Made by a program: the position numbers and the translations under genes. From an uncultured archaeon (GTDB lineage: Archaea > Asgardarchaeota > Lokiarchaeia > Sigyniarchaeales > SOKP01), in contig CAYLZE010000065.1 of the NCBI GenBank assembly GCA_964388035.1, positions 1 to 29,560 of the forward strand: 29,560 nucleotides of DNA, in the 5' to 3' direction. Shown here piece by piece: positions 1 to 9,698 of this stretch. Position 1 is the stretch's first letter; each line of letters opens with the position of its first letter. The notes under the pieces were generated by a model. That model ran no database searches and was not told where the DNA came from. It saw only the letters and a list, made by a program, of their open reading frames with translations.

Positions 1-2
1 AA

Positions 3-80
3 AGATTCCAAAAGTAAAGTAAACCAATTGGGTTAATTGGTGAAATTATAGGGTTGATTACAATTTTTTCTAATTTGGAA
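3..80 (+). pseudogene. Possible further remnant (TM1) of the same membrane protein family
   Basis: Translates RFQK*SKPIGLIGEIIGLITIFS, similar to REFQSKKLPALIGGIVGLIIVLF of the 264..946 pseudogene. The match is short. Confidence 0.35.
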
Positions 81-263
81 CACCTTTTACCTAATTTTTG
101 TTCATTAGGTTTAGTAACAAATATAAATTAAGAAAAAATATTGTGAAAATCTTTATATTTGGCTATAAAAAATTATTTAAATTTATTATATGTTAAGAGT
201 TTAGAATTTAGGTTAAGAGGTATATCCGCTTTTTTAAATATTAAAATATAAAAAAGGAAAGAA

Positions 264-946
264 TTAATGTCTTTTATTCAACAATAATGCACCAATTAAT
301 CCAGTAATTGCACAAGTAATTCCTATAAAGAAGCCATTTCCTAAGCGTCAAGTCAAAGATTTGTAAGTACCAAAAAAGACGTTATATTGATTTTCGGATA
401 AAAATTCCATTCTAGGGATGAATTTATAGAAACCCAAATTTGTGTATAATTCATAGTAAGAGAACATAACACCAATAATCATTAGGATCGCAGCTATTAT
501 TGCTAATGATTTTAAATTTAAAGCCGTAGTGATTATTAGCACTAAGTTTCCTATTAAATATACCAAACCAGCTTATAAAAAAAGATAACTGATTAATTAG
601 GCATTACTATTATATGAATTGGCATAATAACCAAAAAAACTTATATATTCATAATGACGATAACTCCATACAGTATACTCCACTTGCCACCATCCTAGAG
701 CGGGTTCTATAATAGTGAAAAGAACAATGATTAATCCTACAATACCTCCAATTAAAGCGGGCAATTTTTTAGATTGAAATTCTCGATTTTAGGTTATTCT
801 TAAATAAAGATATATCCAAGCTGGTAGTAATACAATAAAAGCACCTACAATAATTGCTAATATAAATCCTATTACGCTAGGTATCAACCCAAATACAGCT
901 ATACCTGTAACTATACCAATGCAAAATAAACACTTTCCCGATTCAT
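264..946 (-). pseudogene. Decayed paralog of the 4-TM membrane protein at 1213..1731, with an extra N-terminal hydrophobic segment
   Basis: One minus-strand frame reads ...RIT*NREFQSKKLPALIGGIVGLIIVLFTIIEPALGWWQV...FFGYYANSYNSNA*LISYLFL*AGLVYLIGNL...FFGTYKSLT*RLGNGFFIGITCAITGLIGALLLNKRH*, colinear with 1213..1731. In-frame stops lie at 789-791, 597-599, 573-575 and 348-350 (TGA where the paralog has TGG). The 5' end is uncertain because the ATG at 946 is out of frame. ORF-track 348..566 is a fragment of this. Confidence 0.85.
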
Positions 947-957
947 TTGCCTTTTAT

Positions 958-1065
958 TTTGACCCTTCTATGGGATGGTGGCAATTACCCTATAAATCCT
1001 CTTTTAATAATAAATAAGTATGTATTAATATCTTTGGCTATAATTCTAATAATTTGATCAATTAA
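958..1065 (+). pseudogene. Short remnant of the same 4-TM membrane protein family
   Basis: Translates FDPSMGWWQLPYKSSFNNK*VCINIFGYNSNNLIN*, matching VEPSLGWWQV...LYINAFGYSSNTFNN of 1213..1731. It has no start codon and an internal stop. Confidence 0.7.
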
Positions 1066-1212
1066 ATTTGAATAAAACTCTACTTCTTCATAGATATTTA
1101 AAAAAATAATATATGAACTTAATAAGTAAGAAAAATTCCTTTGATAAATCCAACATTGTTTGTTTCGATTTAAAAAATACTAAATAAAAAATAAAAGAGG
1201 TAAAATATAGAA

Positions 1213-1731
1213 ATGGGAAATAAATTACCCGCGTTCATTGGAGCAATAATTGGACTGGCTGGAGTCCTCTTAGGCCTCGTAGAACCCTCTTTAGGATGGT
1301 GGCAAGTAAATTTCGTATTGGGGCCCATTAATGAGTATCTTTATATCAATGCTTTTGGTTATTCTTCAAATACATTCAATAATAGCACTGAATTAGTTAG
1401 CAATCTCCTTCTAATAGGGGGTTTACTTTATTTAGCCGGAACTTTATTGTTATTAATCACTACTGCTGCAAACAAGAAATCGGGGGCAATATTATTCGCA
1501 ATTCTTATGATAATAGGATTAATAATATATTGCTATGGATTATATGCTAATGAAGATTATGGAAATATCTTATCAGGATTGGAATTTCTAAGTGGTAATA
1601 AGTATAACATCTTTTTTGGGGAATATCATTTTTTTGGTACTTGGACATGGCGCTTAGGTAACGGCTTTTTTATTTCAATAGCTGGCGCAGTTATAGGATT
1701 AATAGGCGCTGCGATGATAGATAAGAGATAA
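1213..1731 (+). CDS. Hypothetical 4-TM membrane protein
   Basis: 172 aa ORF with four hydrophobic segments. AAGAGGT lies upstream and a poly-T run downstream. Confidence 0.85.
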   Translation: MGNKLPAFIGAIIGLAGVLLGLVEPSLGWWQVNFVLGPINEYLYINAFGYSSNTFNNSTELVSNLLLIGGLLYLAGTLLLLITTAANKKSGAILFAILMIIGLIIYCYGLYANEDYGNILSGLEFLSGNKYNIFFGEYHFFGTWTWRLGNGFFISIAGAVIGLIGAAMIDKR

Positions 1732-1746
1732 GATATAAAGTAATCC

Positions 1747-1766
1747 CTTTTTTTTTTAATTTTTTT
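1747..1766 (+). terminator. Poly-T archaeal-type terminator candidate
   Basis: Long T tracts directly after the 1731 stop codon. Confidence 0.4.
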
Positions 1767-2016
1767 GTAACCTCAATCATTTTTATCTGGATAATACTTT
1801 TTGGATTATAATTTCTCTATTTGGATTATATTATATTGTTGTAATACATATCATTCATGATAATATCTTTTTCTGTAACTATTTCACATGCAACCATTTA
1901 ATTAATTAAGCTAAGCCCTATTCCCGTCCTAATTTTAAAAGAAAAATATTAATAATTATTAATATCATAAAATTATATAATAAGAACAAAAATTCCAAAC
2001 GACGGAGATTTTTTAA

Positions 2017-2589
2017 ATGAATAAAACAAAATTAGCTCAACTTATTGCAGGAATAATCGGATTAGCGTCCGTTATTCTTAGTCTATTTGGACCCTACTTC
2101 AGCTGGTGGCAAATATATTTTGAAATTTCATCATATTCTTTCCTCGAGATAAATACTTATTTTGAAGGATATTCAAGCTTACTTTATTATAATGCTTTGG
2201 GAATTTCCACTGACATTACAAACATGAAAATTACCCGCATACATGTTCATCCCATATTATTGAGCGGTGGAATAACATATCTAATTGGTACCATATTACT
2301 CCTTGTTGATTTTAAAATAGATAATAAACGAATCGCCTTGATTTCACGGTTATTAATGGTGCTAGGCGTCCTAATTTATCTCCTAGGATTATTTCTAACA
2401 TATTCAATATTACCCTTCCTTTATGGCGGTTCTATCTTCTATGGTTATTGTGCAGTTGGAATTACACTTACGACTTGGGGATGTGGAGTCGGATTTTACA
2501 TGGCAAGTGGGGGAATTATCCTTGCATTGTTGAGTCACGTAAAAATGCCTAAAAAAGAAATCAAAAAGCCTAAAATAGTTATTCCATAA
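2017..2589 (+). CDS. Hypothetical 4-TM membrane protein, divergent paralog of 1213..1731
   Basis: 190 aa. Shares IAGIIGLA, SWWQI, GGITYLIGTILLL and TWGCGVGFY motifs with 1213..1731 and has a basic C-terminal tail. Confidence 0.85.
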   Translation: MNKTKLAQLIAGIIGLASVILSLFGPYFSWWQIYFEISSYSFLEINTYFEGYSSLLYYNALGISTDITNMKITRIHVHPILLSGGITYLIGTILLLVDFKIDNKRIALISRLLMVLGVLIYLLGLFLTYSILPFLYGGSIFYGYCAVGITLTTWGCGVGFYMASGGIILALLSHVKMPKKEIKKPKIVIP

Positions 2590-2627
2590 AATTAAAAAAA
2601 TTGAAAAAAAAAAAAATGAAATAGGTA

Positions 2628-4022
2628 TTATAATCCAAGTTCTTTAATTTTTTGTTGATTTGCTTTCACTACATCTGGCGTTAATTTATACCCTCGCCAT
2701 AAGAGAAGCACCGATACAACCATAAAGAGAGCGGGTATGAGCCCAAAATGGAGGGAAATACCAATGTTTGCTTCGGCTGATTGAGTTGCTGCTCCTTGTT
2801 GAAATCCTGTTAGTGTATGGACAATTGCGAATGTTAAAGCTTGTAATATAATAGCGGCCCTTCCAAAAAATGACTGGAAACCCATATAAATTCCCTCTTC
2901 ACGTTTATGTGTGATGACAATTGATTCATCAATAACGTCTGCAAGAACTGGAGCTAAAATTGCCCAGAAACCCCCGAACCCTAATCCCCATAAAACCATT
3001 TCAATAAAAAGAACGATATAATTACGGATAAATGTTAAAGGAATAGTGAAAACAATTAGTACAATACCTGCATATATAATGACTCTCCGATTATCATTTA
3101 CTTTGTGAGCATATTTTATCCAAAGAGGTGAAGAAATTAATGCCCCAATTAAAAATCCTGCAGAAATAAGTGTTTGTACACTAGCTGGCTCTCCTAAAAC
3201 ATAATTTATCTCATAAGGAAGAGAAGCTTGCATCGTGACGGTTAGAGTTTGATAAAAAGTATATGCGAGAATGAATACTACGAAACTTTTTTGCTTGAGA
3301 GCTATTTTTAATGTCTCTATGAAAGATTCCCTCTTAGCATGGCTATCATAGGTGGCTATATATCTTTCTACAGTTAGTTGATCATCTCGACTGCCAGGCA
3401 TTGACGCTGCAAATATGAGAAAGCCAACCATGATCATGACACCCGCTTGTATTACATATGATTGAAGATCTCCGAAATGAATTATTAATGGAGGTAAAAG
3501 CGCACCAAGGGTAATTCCAATAATGCCCATGGGCGTTGCAATCGCTTGCACGGTTCTTCGTTCATTTACGCTTCGAAACTTATCCGGAAATAATGCTGAG
3601 AAGCCAATCCACCAAATGGAATTAAATGTATCATAAAGACAAGTCGCCATTATCAGCCATAAGAAGAGCCATATTGCTTGGGTTTGAGGATTCAAGGAAG
3701 GTGGAAGAAAAATAAGGGCATAACTCAACATCCAAGGAATGCCCCCCATGAGGATCCAAGGAAATCGCCTACCCCATTTCTTAGTAAATTTAAAGGGCCT
3801 GTTTGTAAGATAGCCAACTAAAGGGTCATTAAAGGCATTCCATATTGCAAATATAATATAGCCTAAACTGGTTAACCAGACGTTTAGTCCGATCTCTGTT
3901 TCATAAAAATAGAATCCAAAAGCTGCAAAAGCCATCGAGAATAGCTCATTTAAGCCTTTAGCCGCTCCGTATGACATCATATTCCATTTCGAGTGAATTA
4001 TTTCAATTTCTTGCTTAGCCAT
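2628..4022 (-). CDS. MFS transporter, glycoside-pentoside-hexuronide (MelB/GPH-like) family
   Basis: 464 aa, about 12 TM. Contains WNAFNDPLVG, WGRRFPW and LADVIDE...KREEGIY motifs typical of GPH symporters. Confidence 0.9.
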   Translation of the reverse strand: MAKQEIEIIHSKWNMMSYGAAKGLNELFSMAFAAFGFYFYETEIGLNVWLTSLGYIIFAIWNAFNDPLVGYLTNRPFKFTKKWGRRFPWILMGGIPWMLSYALIFLPPSLNPQTQAIWLFLWLIMATCLYDTFNSIWWIGFSALFPDKFRSVNERRTVQAIATPMGIIGITLGALLPPLIIHFGDLQSYVIQAGVMIMVGFLIFAASMPGSRDDQLTVERYIATYDSHAKRESFIETLKIALKQKSFVVFILAYTFYQTLTVTMQASLPYEINYVLGEPASVQTLISAGFLIGALISSPLWIKYAHKVNDNRRVIIYAGIVLIVFTIPLTFIRNYIVLFIEMVLWGLGFGGFWAILAPVLADVIDESIVITHKREEGIYMGFQSFFGRAAIILQALTFAIVHTLTGFQQGAATQSAEANIGISLHFGLIPALFMVVSVLLLWRGYKLTPDVVKANQQKIKELGL

Positions 4023-4263
4023 ATGTTATTTCACTTATTGGTTTATTTTTTTCCAATTCAATTAGGAATTATTCTTAAGATAATTTGATCCCATCTCTTA
4101 ATAAAGGTATTCTTTTTATGTTAGATACTTGGAAAAAAGTCCATTGATTTAGAAATTTCAAATAAATTGTGAAGTAGAAGTTGCTATGATTTAATGATTA
4201 AATTTTTACTTTTAAAAGAAGAATTATCTATCAAATCATTAAATCAAGAGAATTTTTACACGT

Positions 4264-5367
4264 TTATAAATCAATAGGATATTTACCATATTCCTTAACT
4301 GTATCTATCATTAATTTCACGTTTTCATATCTGCACGTTTCTAAAACGTCCGATCCGGCAGCTAAAATATATCCTCCCCCAGGGGCTGCGTCTAAAATTT
4401 GTTGTTTGGTGCTGTTGATGATTTCTTCTTTGCTTCCATAAGTTAATAAATGAGTGGCGGAGATATTTCCTATTAAAGAGATTTTATCTCCATAATATTC
4501 CTTTAGTAATTTTAATTCTATTCCAGATTCGGGCTCTAAGGGTTCAATAGCATCCGCTCCCGAATCAATTAAATAAGGCAGAGTCTCGGTAATATTTCCG
4601 TCCGAATGGACTAAAAATTTTGCATCGTATTTGTGAGCATTTTCAGCAAGTTCTTTATAGACGGGAGTAATAATCTCATTCCAATGGATGGGATTATATA
4701 AGCATTTTTCTTTCATTGCCCAATCATCGCATATAAACACCATATCAATTCCTTGTTCAAAAAAGGAAGAATGGAGATCTTTCGTAATTCGACCAAGAGC
4801 GTTTGCTAATTTTTTTATTAAGGTGAGATGTTTTCGGATCATGTATGCAAACTTATCCATTCCGACCATTGACCAAATGGCATAGGCAACCGCACCCGAT
4901 GTGGGAATGCATACTAAGTTTTTTTCCAAGTACTGGTCCCTTATTTTTTTGAAGCGCTTGTAATGAACATCTCCTGCAGATTCCCATGTCTTCATGTACG
5001 AAATCCATTCTTCAATCAATTCTGGAGTTTTCAGTACCCCATCCTTATACCACTCATTTTCATAACACCGACCCCAATCATCGCAAGAATCAACGCCATG
5101 AGCCTTTTTGATCTCTTCCGGAATCTCAGGTTTATTCTTTCTATTAATCTTGATTTTTTCATAATGATACCAAATTGCATCATACCCCAGATGTATTGCC
5201 GCATTCAACATGGGCTCTTTCATCTTTATTAAATCTTGACCATTCGGGGTTCCAATGGTGTTATAGACTTTTTGGATGAATCCATATTCCAAGATTTGAG
5301 CCATGGTAGGTACGCGGTCAGGTTCCTCATGATTAAGAGTTTTTAGTAAGCGTTCATGAACGTTCAT
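4264..5367 (-). CDS. Uroporphyrinogen decarboxylase (URO-D)/MtaA-like family protein
   Basis: 367 aa. N-terminal ERLLKTLNHEEPDRVP, plus FICDDW, VHSDGN, LIGNI and GGGYIL motifs. Confidence 0.85.
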   Translation of the reverse strand: MNVHERLLKTLNHEEPDRVPTMAQILEYGFIQKVYNTIGTPNGQDLIKMKEPMLNAAIHLGYDAIWYHYEKIKINRKNKPEIPEEIKKAHGVDSCDDWGRCYENEWYKDGVLKTPELIEEWISYMKTWESAGDVHYKRFKKIRDQYLEKNLVCIPTSGAVAYAIWSMVGMDKFAYMIRKHLTLIKKLANALGRITKDLHSSFFEQGIDMVFICDDWAMKEKCLYNPIHWNEIITPVYKELAENAHKYDAKFLVHSDGNITETLPYLIDSGADAIEPLEPESGIELKLLKEYYGDKISLIGNISATHLLTYGSKEEIINSTKQQILDAAPGGGYILAAGSDVLETCRYENVKLMIDTVKEYGKYPIDL

Positions 5368-5418
5368 TTTAATTAATAAATATTCTAATTTATAGAATTA
5401 TTGGTATAATTCTGCATA

Positions 5419-6684
5419 TTACTTATATAATTTCTTAATGGTTAGAATGAATTGAATGCCAGCCACAAGATCATAGAATAATAAGAAATAAATTCCTAAA
5501 TTAAGAGAAATCGTAGCCATTAAACCATATAACAATGATCCCGCCATTCTCCCACTAGACATCATGGTTTGAAAGAAGCTAAAAGCTCTGGCACTTTCTT
5601 GTTTTTTAGCCTTGTAGGAAATTATTTTCATGGTACTTGTATAAATGATCCCTTGACCAATCCCCGTGATTATAAAAAGCAGAATAATCCATGAAAGAGT
5701 ATCGCTTAAAATTAAGAATAACCAAGCAAATAAAATAAGGAATATAGAGACTAGTAGATTTTTCACTATCAATCCTTCTTTGGTGAGAGAAGAAAGAGTT
5801 GTTGAGAACATTTGAGAAATTAATTTCACCAGATTGATCAAAAAAACCCAATAAAGACCTTGATGAATCATGTCCATTTTTAAAGGTAAAAAGATAGAAA
5901 TTACGCCATCTGTCATGGAATGAATCAATAATATGGCTAGCATGGAATAAAGAGGTAACTTTTGTAATTTTAAAGCTATCTCTCGTTGGGGATCCAAAAG
6001 ATTGTCAAAAGTTGAATCACATTTAGAAATATCATCAAGGGATTCTACTCTCTCAGAGGTAGGTTCAAGAAAATCACTCACATTTTTTACAAATCCCAAT
6101 ACGATAAATGCCCCAAAAATCACGCCGAAAAGATTTAAAAAAAATGCGAAATAATTTGAATTAAAGAGGAATACAACTACAGCCCCACTTATCATTCCAA
6201 GAATATACCCGAAATTCCAACTGAAATTGTATCCACTCATGTATTTATGTTTCAATTTCAAGCCCCCATGCTTTTCCGCTAGTACGCTAATCTGTTGGAT
6301 TGTTGGCCAAAATAAGCCTCCTACGGCACCGTCCAAGAAGAAAATCCCTCCAAAAAGTATTAAATTAAAGAAGGACTCAATTGGAATCAAATAAAACCCA
6401 CTAAAAATCAATCTAAATAGTATTATGTAGCGCAAAACTTTTTTTTGTCCAAGTTTATCAGAAACATGCCCCCAAAAAAATGCAAAAAACATGAATCCCA
6501 GAGACGTCAAGCCCACTATAAATCCTCCAATCCAAGGAGCATAATGCAATTCAGAAATTAAATAATTAGCTGTAGCAATGCTTAAAATACCCCCTGTAAA
6601 TGTCATTACTATTGCTAACAGATAAAAGGGGATAAATTTGTTAGTTACATTACGAGAGTAATGGAAAGATTCAGCATCCGTCAT
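5419..6684 (-). CDS. MFS transporter
   Basis: About 12 hydrophobic segments and MFS motif A (WGHVSDKLGQK). The ATG at 6684 is preferred over the TTG at 6702. Confidence 0.85.
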   Translation of the reverse strand: MTDAESFHYSRNVTNKFIPFYLLAIVMTFTGGILSIATANYLISELHYAPWIGGFIVGLTSLGFMFFAFFWGHVSDKLGQKKVLRYIILFRLIFSGFYLIPIESFFNLILFGGIFFLDGAVGGLFWPTIQQISVLAEKHGGLKLKHKYMSGYNFSWNFGYILGMISGAVVVFLFNSNYFAFFLNLFGVIFGAFIVLGFVKNVSDFLEPTSERVESLDDISKCDSTFDNLLDPQREIALKLQKLPLYSMLAILLIHSMTDGVISIFLPLKMDMIHQGLYWVFLINLVKLISQMFSTTLSSLTKEGLIVKNLLVSIFLILFAWLFLILSDTLSWIILLFIITGIGQGIIYTSTMKIISYKAKKQESARAFSFFQTMMSSGRMAGSLLYGLMATISLNLGIYFLLFYDLVAGIQFILTIKKLYK

Positions 6685-7079
6685 TTTGATTCGGGAACGC
6701 AAAAATAATATTCTTAAACGATGAAATTAAAACCAATAATACCTCATTTCAAATAAATTTTAGATTTATTGTTCAGTAACTTATCATTTAAGATAATTCT
6801 ACATGTACTAATTAACAACGTCGCAAAAATGAAGAAACTCTTACAGCGTTCTTTTTTCACATTATTTTATCATAAATTCTCCTATTTTAATCATTCGTGT
6901 AAAATGGTTATTAGAGGAGTTAGTAAATTAATTTTAATTTTCTGTTTTCTATTTAAATCTGTTGTTTTTCGATTCTTCTTTGAATCATTAGAACTTGCTC
7001 AATGACTTTATTTTATATAATTTAAATAAGATTATCTCCCCCTTACTTATTGAAAAGGAAAAAAAAAGAAGGAAGAAAA

Positions 7080-7919
7080 TCAACAGATTAGAGATTTATT
7101 CCCAATTAAATCCAATATATTTTTTGCAGTAAAACCATAGGTTAAATATTGAATTAAAAGACCTAATAAACCCACTCCTATAGCAATAAAAATCATGTAA
7201 AAACTCCAACGGGGCCAAGGATTATTTTTAAAATTATACCCCATTTTAAATTGTTCAAATAAAGCAACTATCCCCCAAGCAATCATGGCAATATCAAAAG
7301 TCCAGGTAGAAATTTCTTGCAATTCCGGAGTATAATTCTTTAACCATCCCGCATTTGGACCAAGACGCAATAAATCAATTTCAGTAGGAGCGCGAACCAC
7401 CAAAAATACAATTCCGATGTGTATTATAGCAAGCCACGCAAATATAAGCATGTGCATGTTTAGCCATTCCCATGTTCTTTTTTGAAGACGGTCTTGTAAA
7501 AAAAGCTTCCCTCGCCTTCTTTCAATGATGACCAAAATACCAAAGACAGCTAATAAAATAAAGATTAAAAGCACCATAATATAGGGATTTACTGAACCTG
7601 ATGATAAAATTGGTAAAAGACCCGCTTGAATTAAAGCAATGGTGCGAGGGATAACGCTTTTTTGATACCATGCTAGTCCCGTCGTAAGGAAGATTATACT
7701 ATAGCCCCAATTATGTATAGCTAATGGGAATTCTGCCAGATAAGTAAACGAAAAGGGCATAATATACCAAATAAAATATACTGCCCCCAAAATCACTAAT
7801 CCAAGACCTGGTCCAATAAATCTGTTATATTTCATTTCCTCACTTTTACCGGATTCTTTCTTTTTATCATTTTTTGCTTCAATATTCTCACTACTCACTT
7901 TCTTAACCTCACCATACAT
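7080..7919 (-). CDS. Hypothetical polytopic membrane protein
   Basis: 279 aa with a charged N-terminus followed by about 7-8 hydrophobic segments. No family recognised. Confidence 0.8.
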   Translation of the reverse strand: MYGEVKKVSSENIEAKNDKKKESGKSEEMKYNRFIGPGLGLVILGAVYFIWYIMPFSFTYLAEFPLAIHNWGYSIIFLTTGLAWYQKSVIPRTIALIQAGLLPILSSGSVNPYIMVLLIFILLAVFGILVIIERRRGKLFLQDRLQKRTWEWLNMHMLIFAWLAIIHIGIVFLVVRAPTEIDLLRLGPNAGWLKNYTPELQEISTWTFDIAMIAWGIVALFEQFKMGYNFKNNPWPRWSFYMIFIAIGVGLLGLLIQYLTYGFTAKNILDLIGNKSLIC

Positions 7920-8038
7920 TCTTACTTAATTTAATGATTATATATGATTTGTTCCTATTCTGCTATTTATAGTTTATTCCTTAAAAATCTAGAACTTCCT
8001 TTTTTAATTTTTTTTAATAAGATGCCGCATTCTTGAAC

Positions 8039-8641
8039 TCAATTGAATTTTTCATAAAGTTTAGAATTTTGATAATCTTGTAAATCATCTATATCCGAAA
8101 GTATGGGAAGAAGAAACAATCTCAATCCAAGTCCCTTAACATCTTTAATGGTATCTTTTAAAACACTAGAAGTGCTCCATTTTTTATTATTGAACAATTC
8201 GGGGTAAATTTTTTTGAGCCCCATCAAATAATATCCTCCATCTTTGGCGGGACCAAGGACTATATCATATTCCGATAATTTCTCAAAAGCATTCCTAATG
8301 ATATCCCCAGTCAATTCTTCACAATCGCTGCCGATGATTACTGCTTTATCGTGATTTGCTAATACCAATTGGAAAGCTTTATGCATTCTATTTCCAAACC
8401 CATCTCCTTCTTGTAAAACCTTCTTAAACATGGTATTGTCCCAAGAATCCTCTTGGTCAATAAAATTCGAGTAAAAAAGAAAATGAGAAGCATCGATTTC
8501 AGCCACAATTGAGCGCGTGTATTCAAGCAACGCATTATAGACATCTAATGCTTTCTTTTCACCGATTTGTGAAGCTAATCTTGTTTTAACACATCCTAAT
8601 TGAGGATTTCTCATCAATATAATTAAAGCATTTTTACTCAT
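8039..8641 (-). CDS. TIGR04282/DUF2064-family GT-A-fold glycosyltransferase (rSAM-associated, arsenosugar-cluster type)
   Basis: Contains VKTRLA, QEGDGFGNRM, IIGSDC, VLGPAKDGGYYLMG and LSDIDDLQD motifs. Confidence 0.9.
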   Translation of the reverse strand: MSKNALIILMRNPQLGCVKTRLASQIGEKKALDVYNALLEYTRSIVAEIDASHFLFYSNFIDQEDSWDNTMFKKVLQEGDGFGNRMHKAFQLVLANHDKAVIIGSDCEELTGDIIRNAFEKLSEYDIVLGPAKDGGYYLMGLKKIYPELFNNKKWSTSSVLKDTIKDVKGLGLRLFLLPILSDIDDLQDYQNSKLYEKFN

Positions 8642-8654
8642 TTGCTATCCCCTT

Positions 8655-9665
8655 CTACTGTACTATTGTGGTACAATTATTATTTATTCTAACCAAATTA
8701 GTTGAAGGACCCTGTTGCCATTTGAGGTCTACATGGTCTCCTCTACACCAAGGACAGTATTCATCATGTGAATTCAAATTCCCATTTATTAGTCTTCGAC
8801 TTGCACAACCTCCTTGACAAGGACAATCTGCAGCTACGGAGGGAATTTGCCGAGCCAGCCTGAAATAATCAGAATCAAACACTTTCATTTTAAGTGAGGT
8901 TAAATCCTCAATTTTAGGAACATGATCCGATACGATATTATTAATCCAATAAACACAAGGAATTACTTGTCCGCGAGGATTAATTCGAATACTTTTATAC
9001 CCGCACGGAGAATATGCCTCTCCTAAATTTAAAGCTGCTCGGACCACCGGTTCCGAAGTTGATATTAATTTGCTTGCCCCGAGCAATAAGCGAAAACCTT
9101 CCCAAAATTCTCGATAAGTCAAATGAAATTTATCCGTATGCACGGATTGATAGACAGAAACGCGCAGATTCACATCAAATGCTCGCGCGAGATCCACCAT
9201 CTGATCCATTTTATCATAATTTACCCCCATCATTGTTGTTAAAATCGTTAATGGTATGTGCTCGCTTTTACAACGCTTAATGGCTTTACATACTAAATCC
9301 CAATTACCCTTACCTCGAAATTCATCTTGATTCCCTTTTTTAGGAAAATCAATGGATACTTCCACGTCGTTAAAATACTTCAAATATTTTTCCTGAATTG
9401 TAGTTAGGGTGAGGCCATTGGAAGCAATGCTTATTTTAATATCTTGGGCATGTAGATAATCCAGAATCTGATAAAATTGCGGATTTAAAATATTTTCACC
9501 CGTTCCAAATCCCATAGTTTTTATTGGAAGGGCGTCACATAAAGTCTGGATTTGTTCCAACGTAATATTTGAGATTTGAGTAGTATCTCTATAGCAATGG
9601 CTACAATTTAAATTACAATTATTCGTTAACCCTATTCCCACTGAATATTTCATGTTATTTTTCAA
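8655..9665 (-). CDS. Radical SAM protein with SPASM/twitch-like C-terminal domain
   Basis: CNLNCSHC (CxxxCxxC) motif, plus PCG...GQVIPC and CPCQGGC...C Cys clusters. Confidence 0.9.
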   Translation of the reverse strand: MKNNMKYSVGIGLTNNCNLNCSHCYRDTTQISNITLEQIQTLCDALPIKTMGFGTGENILNPQFYQILDYLHAQDIKISIASNGLTLTTIQEKYLKYFNDVEVSIDFPKKGNQDEFRGKGNWDLVCKAIKRCKSEHIPLTILTTMMGVNYDKMDQMVDLARAFDVNLRVSVYQSVHTDKFHLTYREFWEGFRLLLGASKLISTSEPVVRAALNLGEAYSPCGYKSIRINPRGQVIPCVYWINNIVSDHVPKIEDLTSLKMKVFDSDYFRLARQIPSVAADCPCQGGCASRRLINGNLNSHDEYCPWCRGDHVDLKWQQGPSTNLVRINNNCTTIVQ

Positions 9666-9698
9666 CTAATGAATTATTTATAATTTATTAAAGGAGGT

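Noticed and set aside
348-350. In-frame TGA as selenocysteine or an alternative genetic code
   Set aside because: It aligns to Trp (TGG) in the paralog, the same frame has three TAA stops, and TGA ends intact genes elsewhere in the window.
1786-1832. Three short TGGA(T/A)TATA-like repeats
   Set aside because: They are too short, irregularly spaced and AT-rich to be a CRISPR array or a convincing iteron set.
6769-7005. 78-aa ORF in an intergenic region (also 29140..29388 and 28495..28746)
   Set aside because: These have low-complexity AT-driven composition and no motifs. 28495..28746 is largely antisense to uspA.
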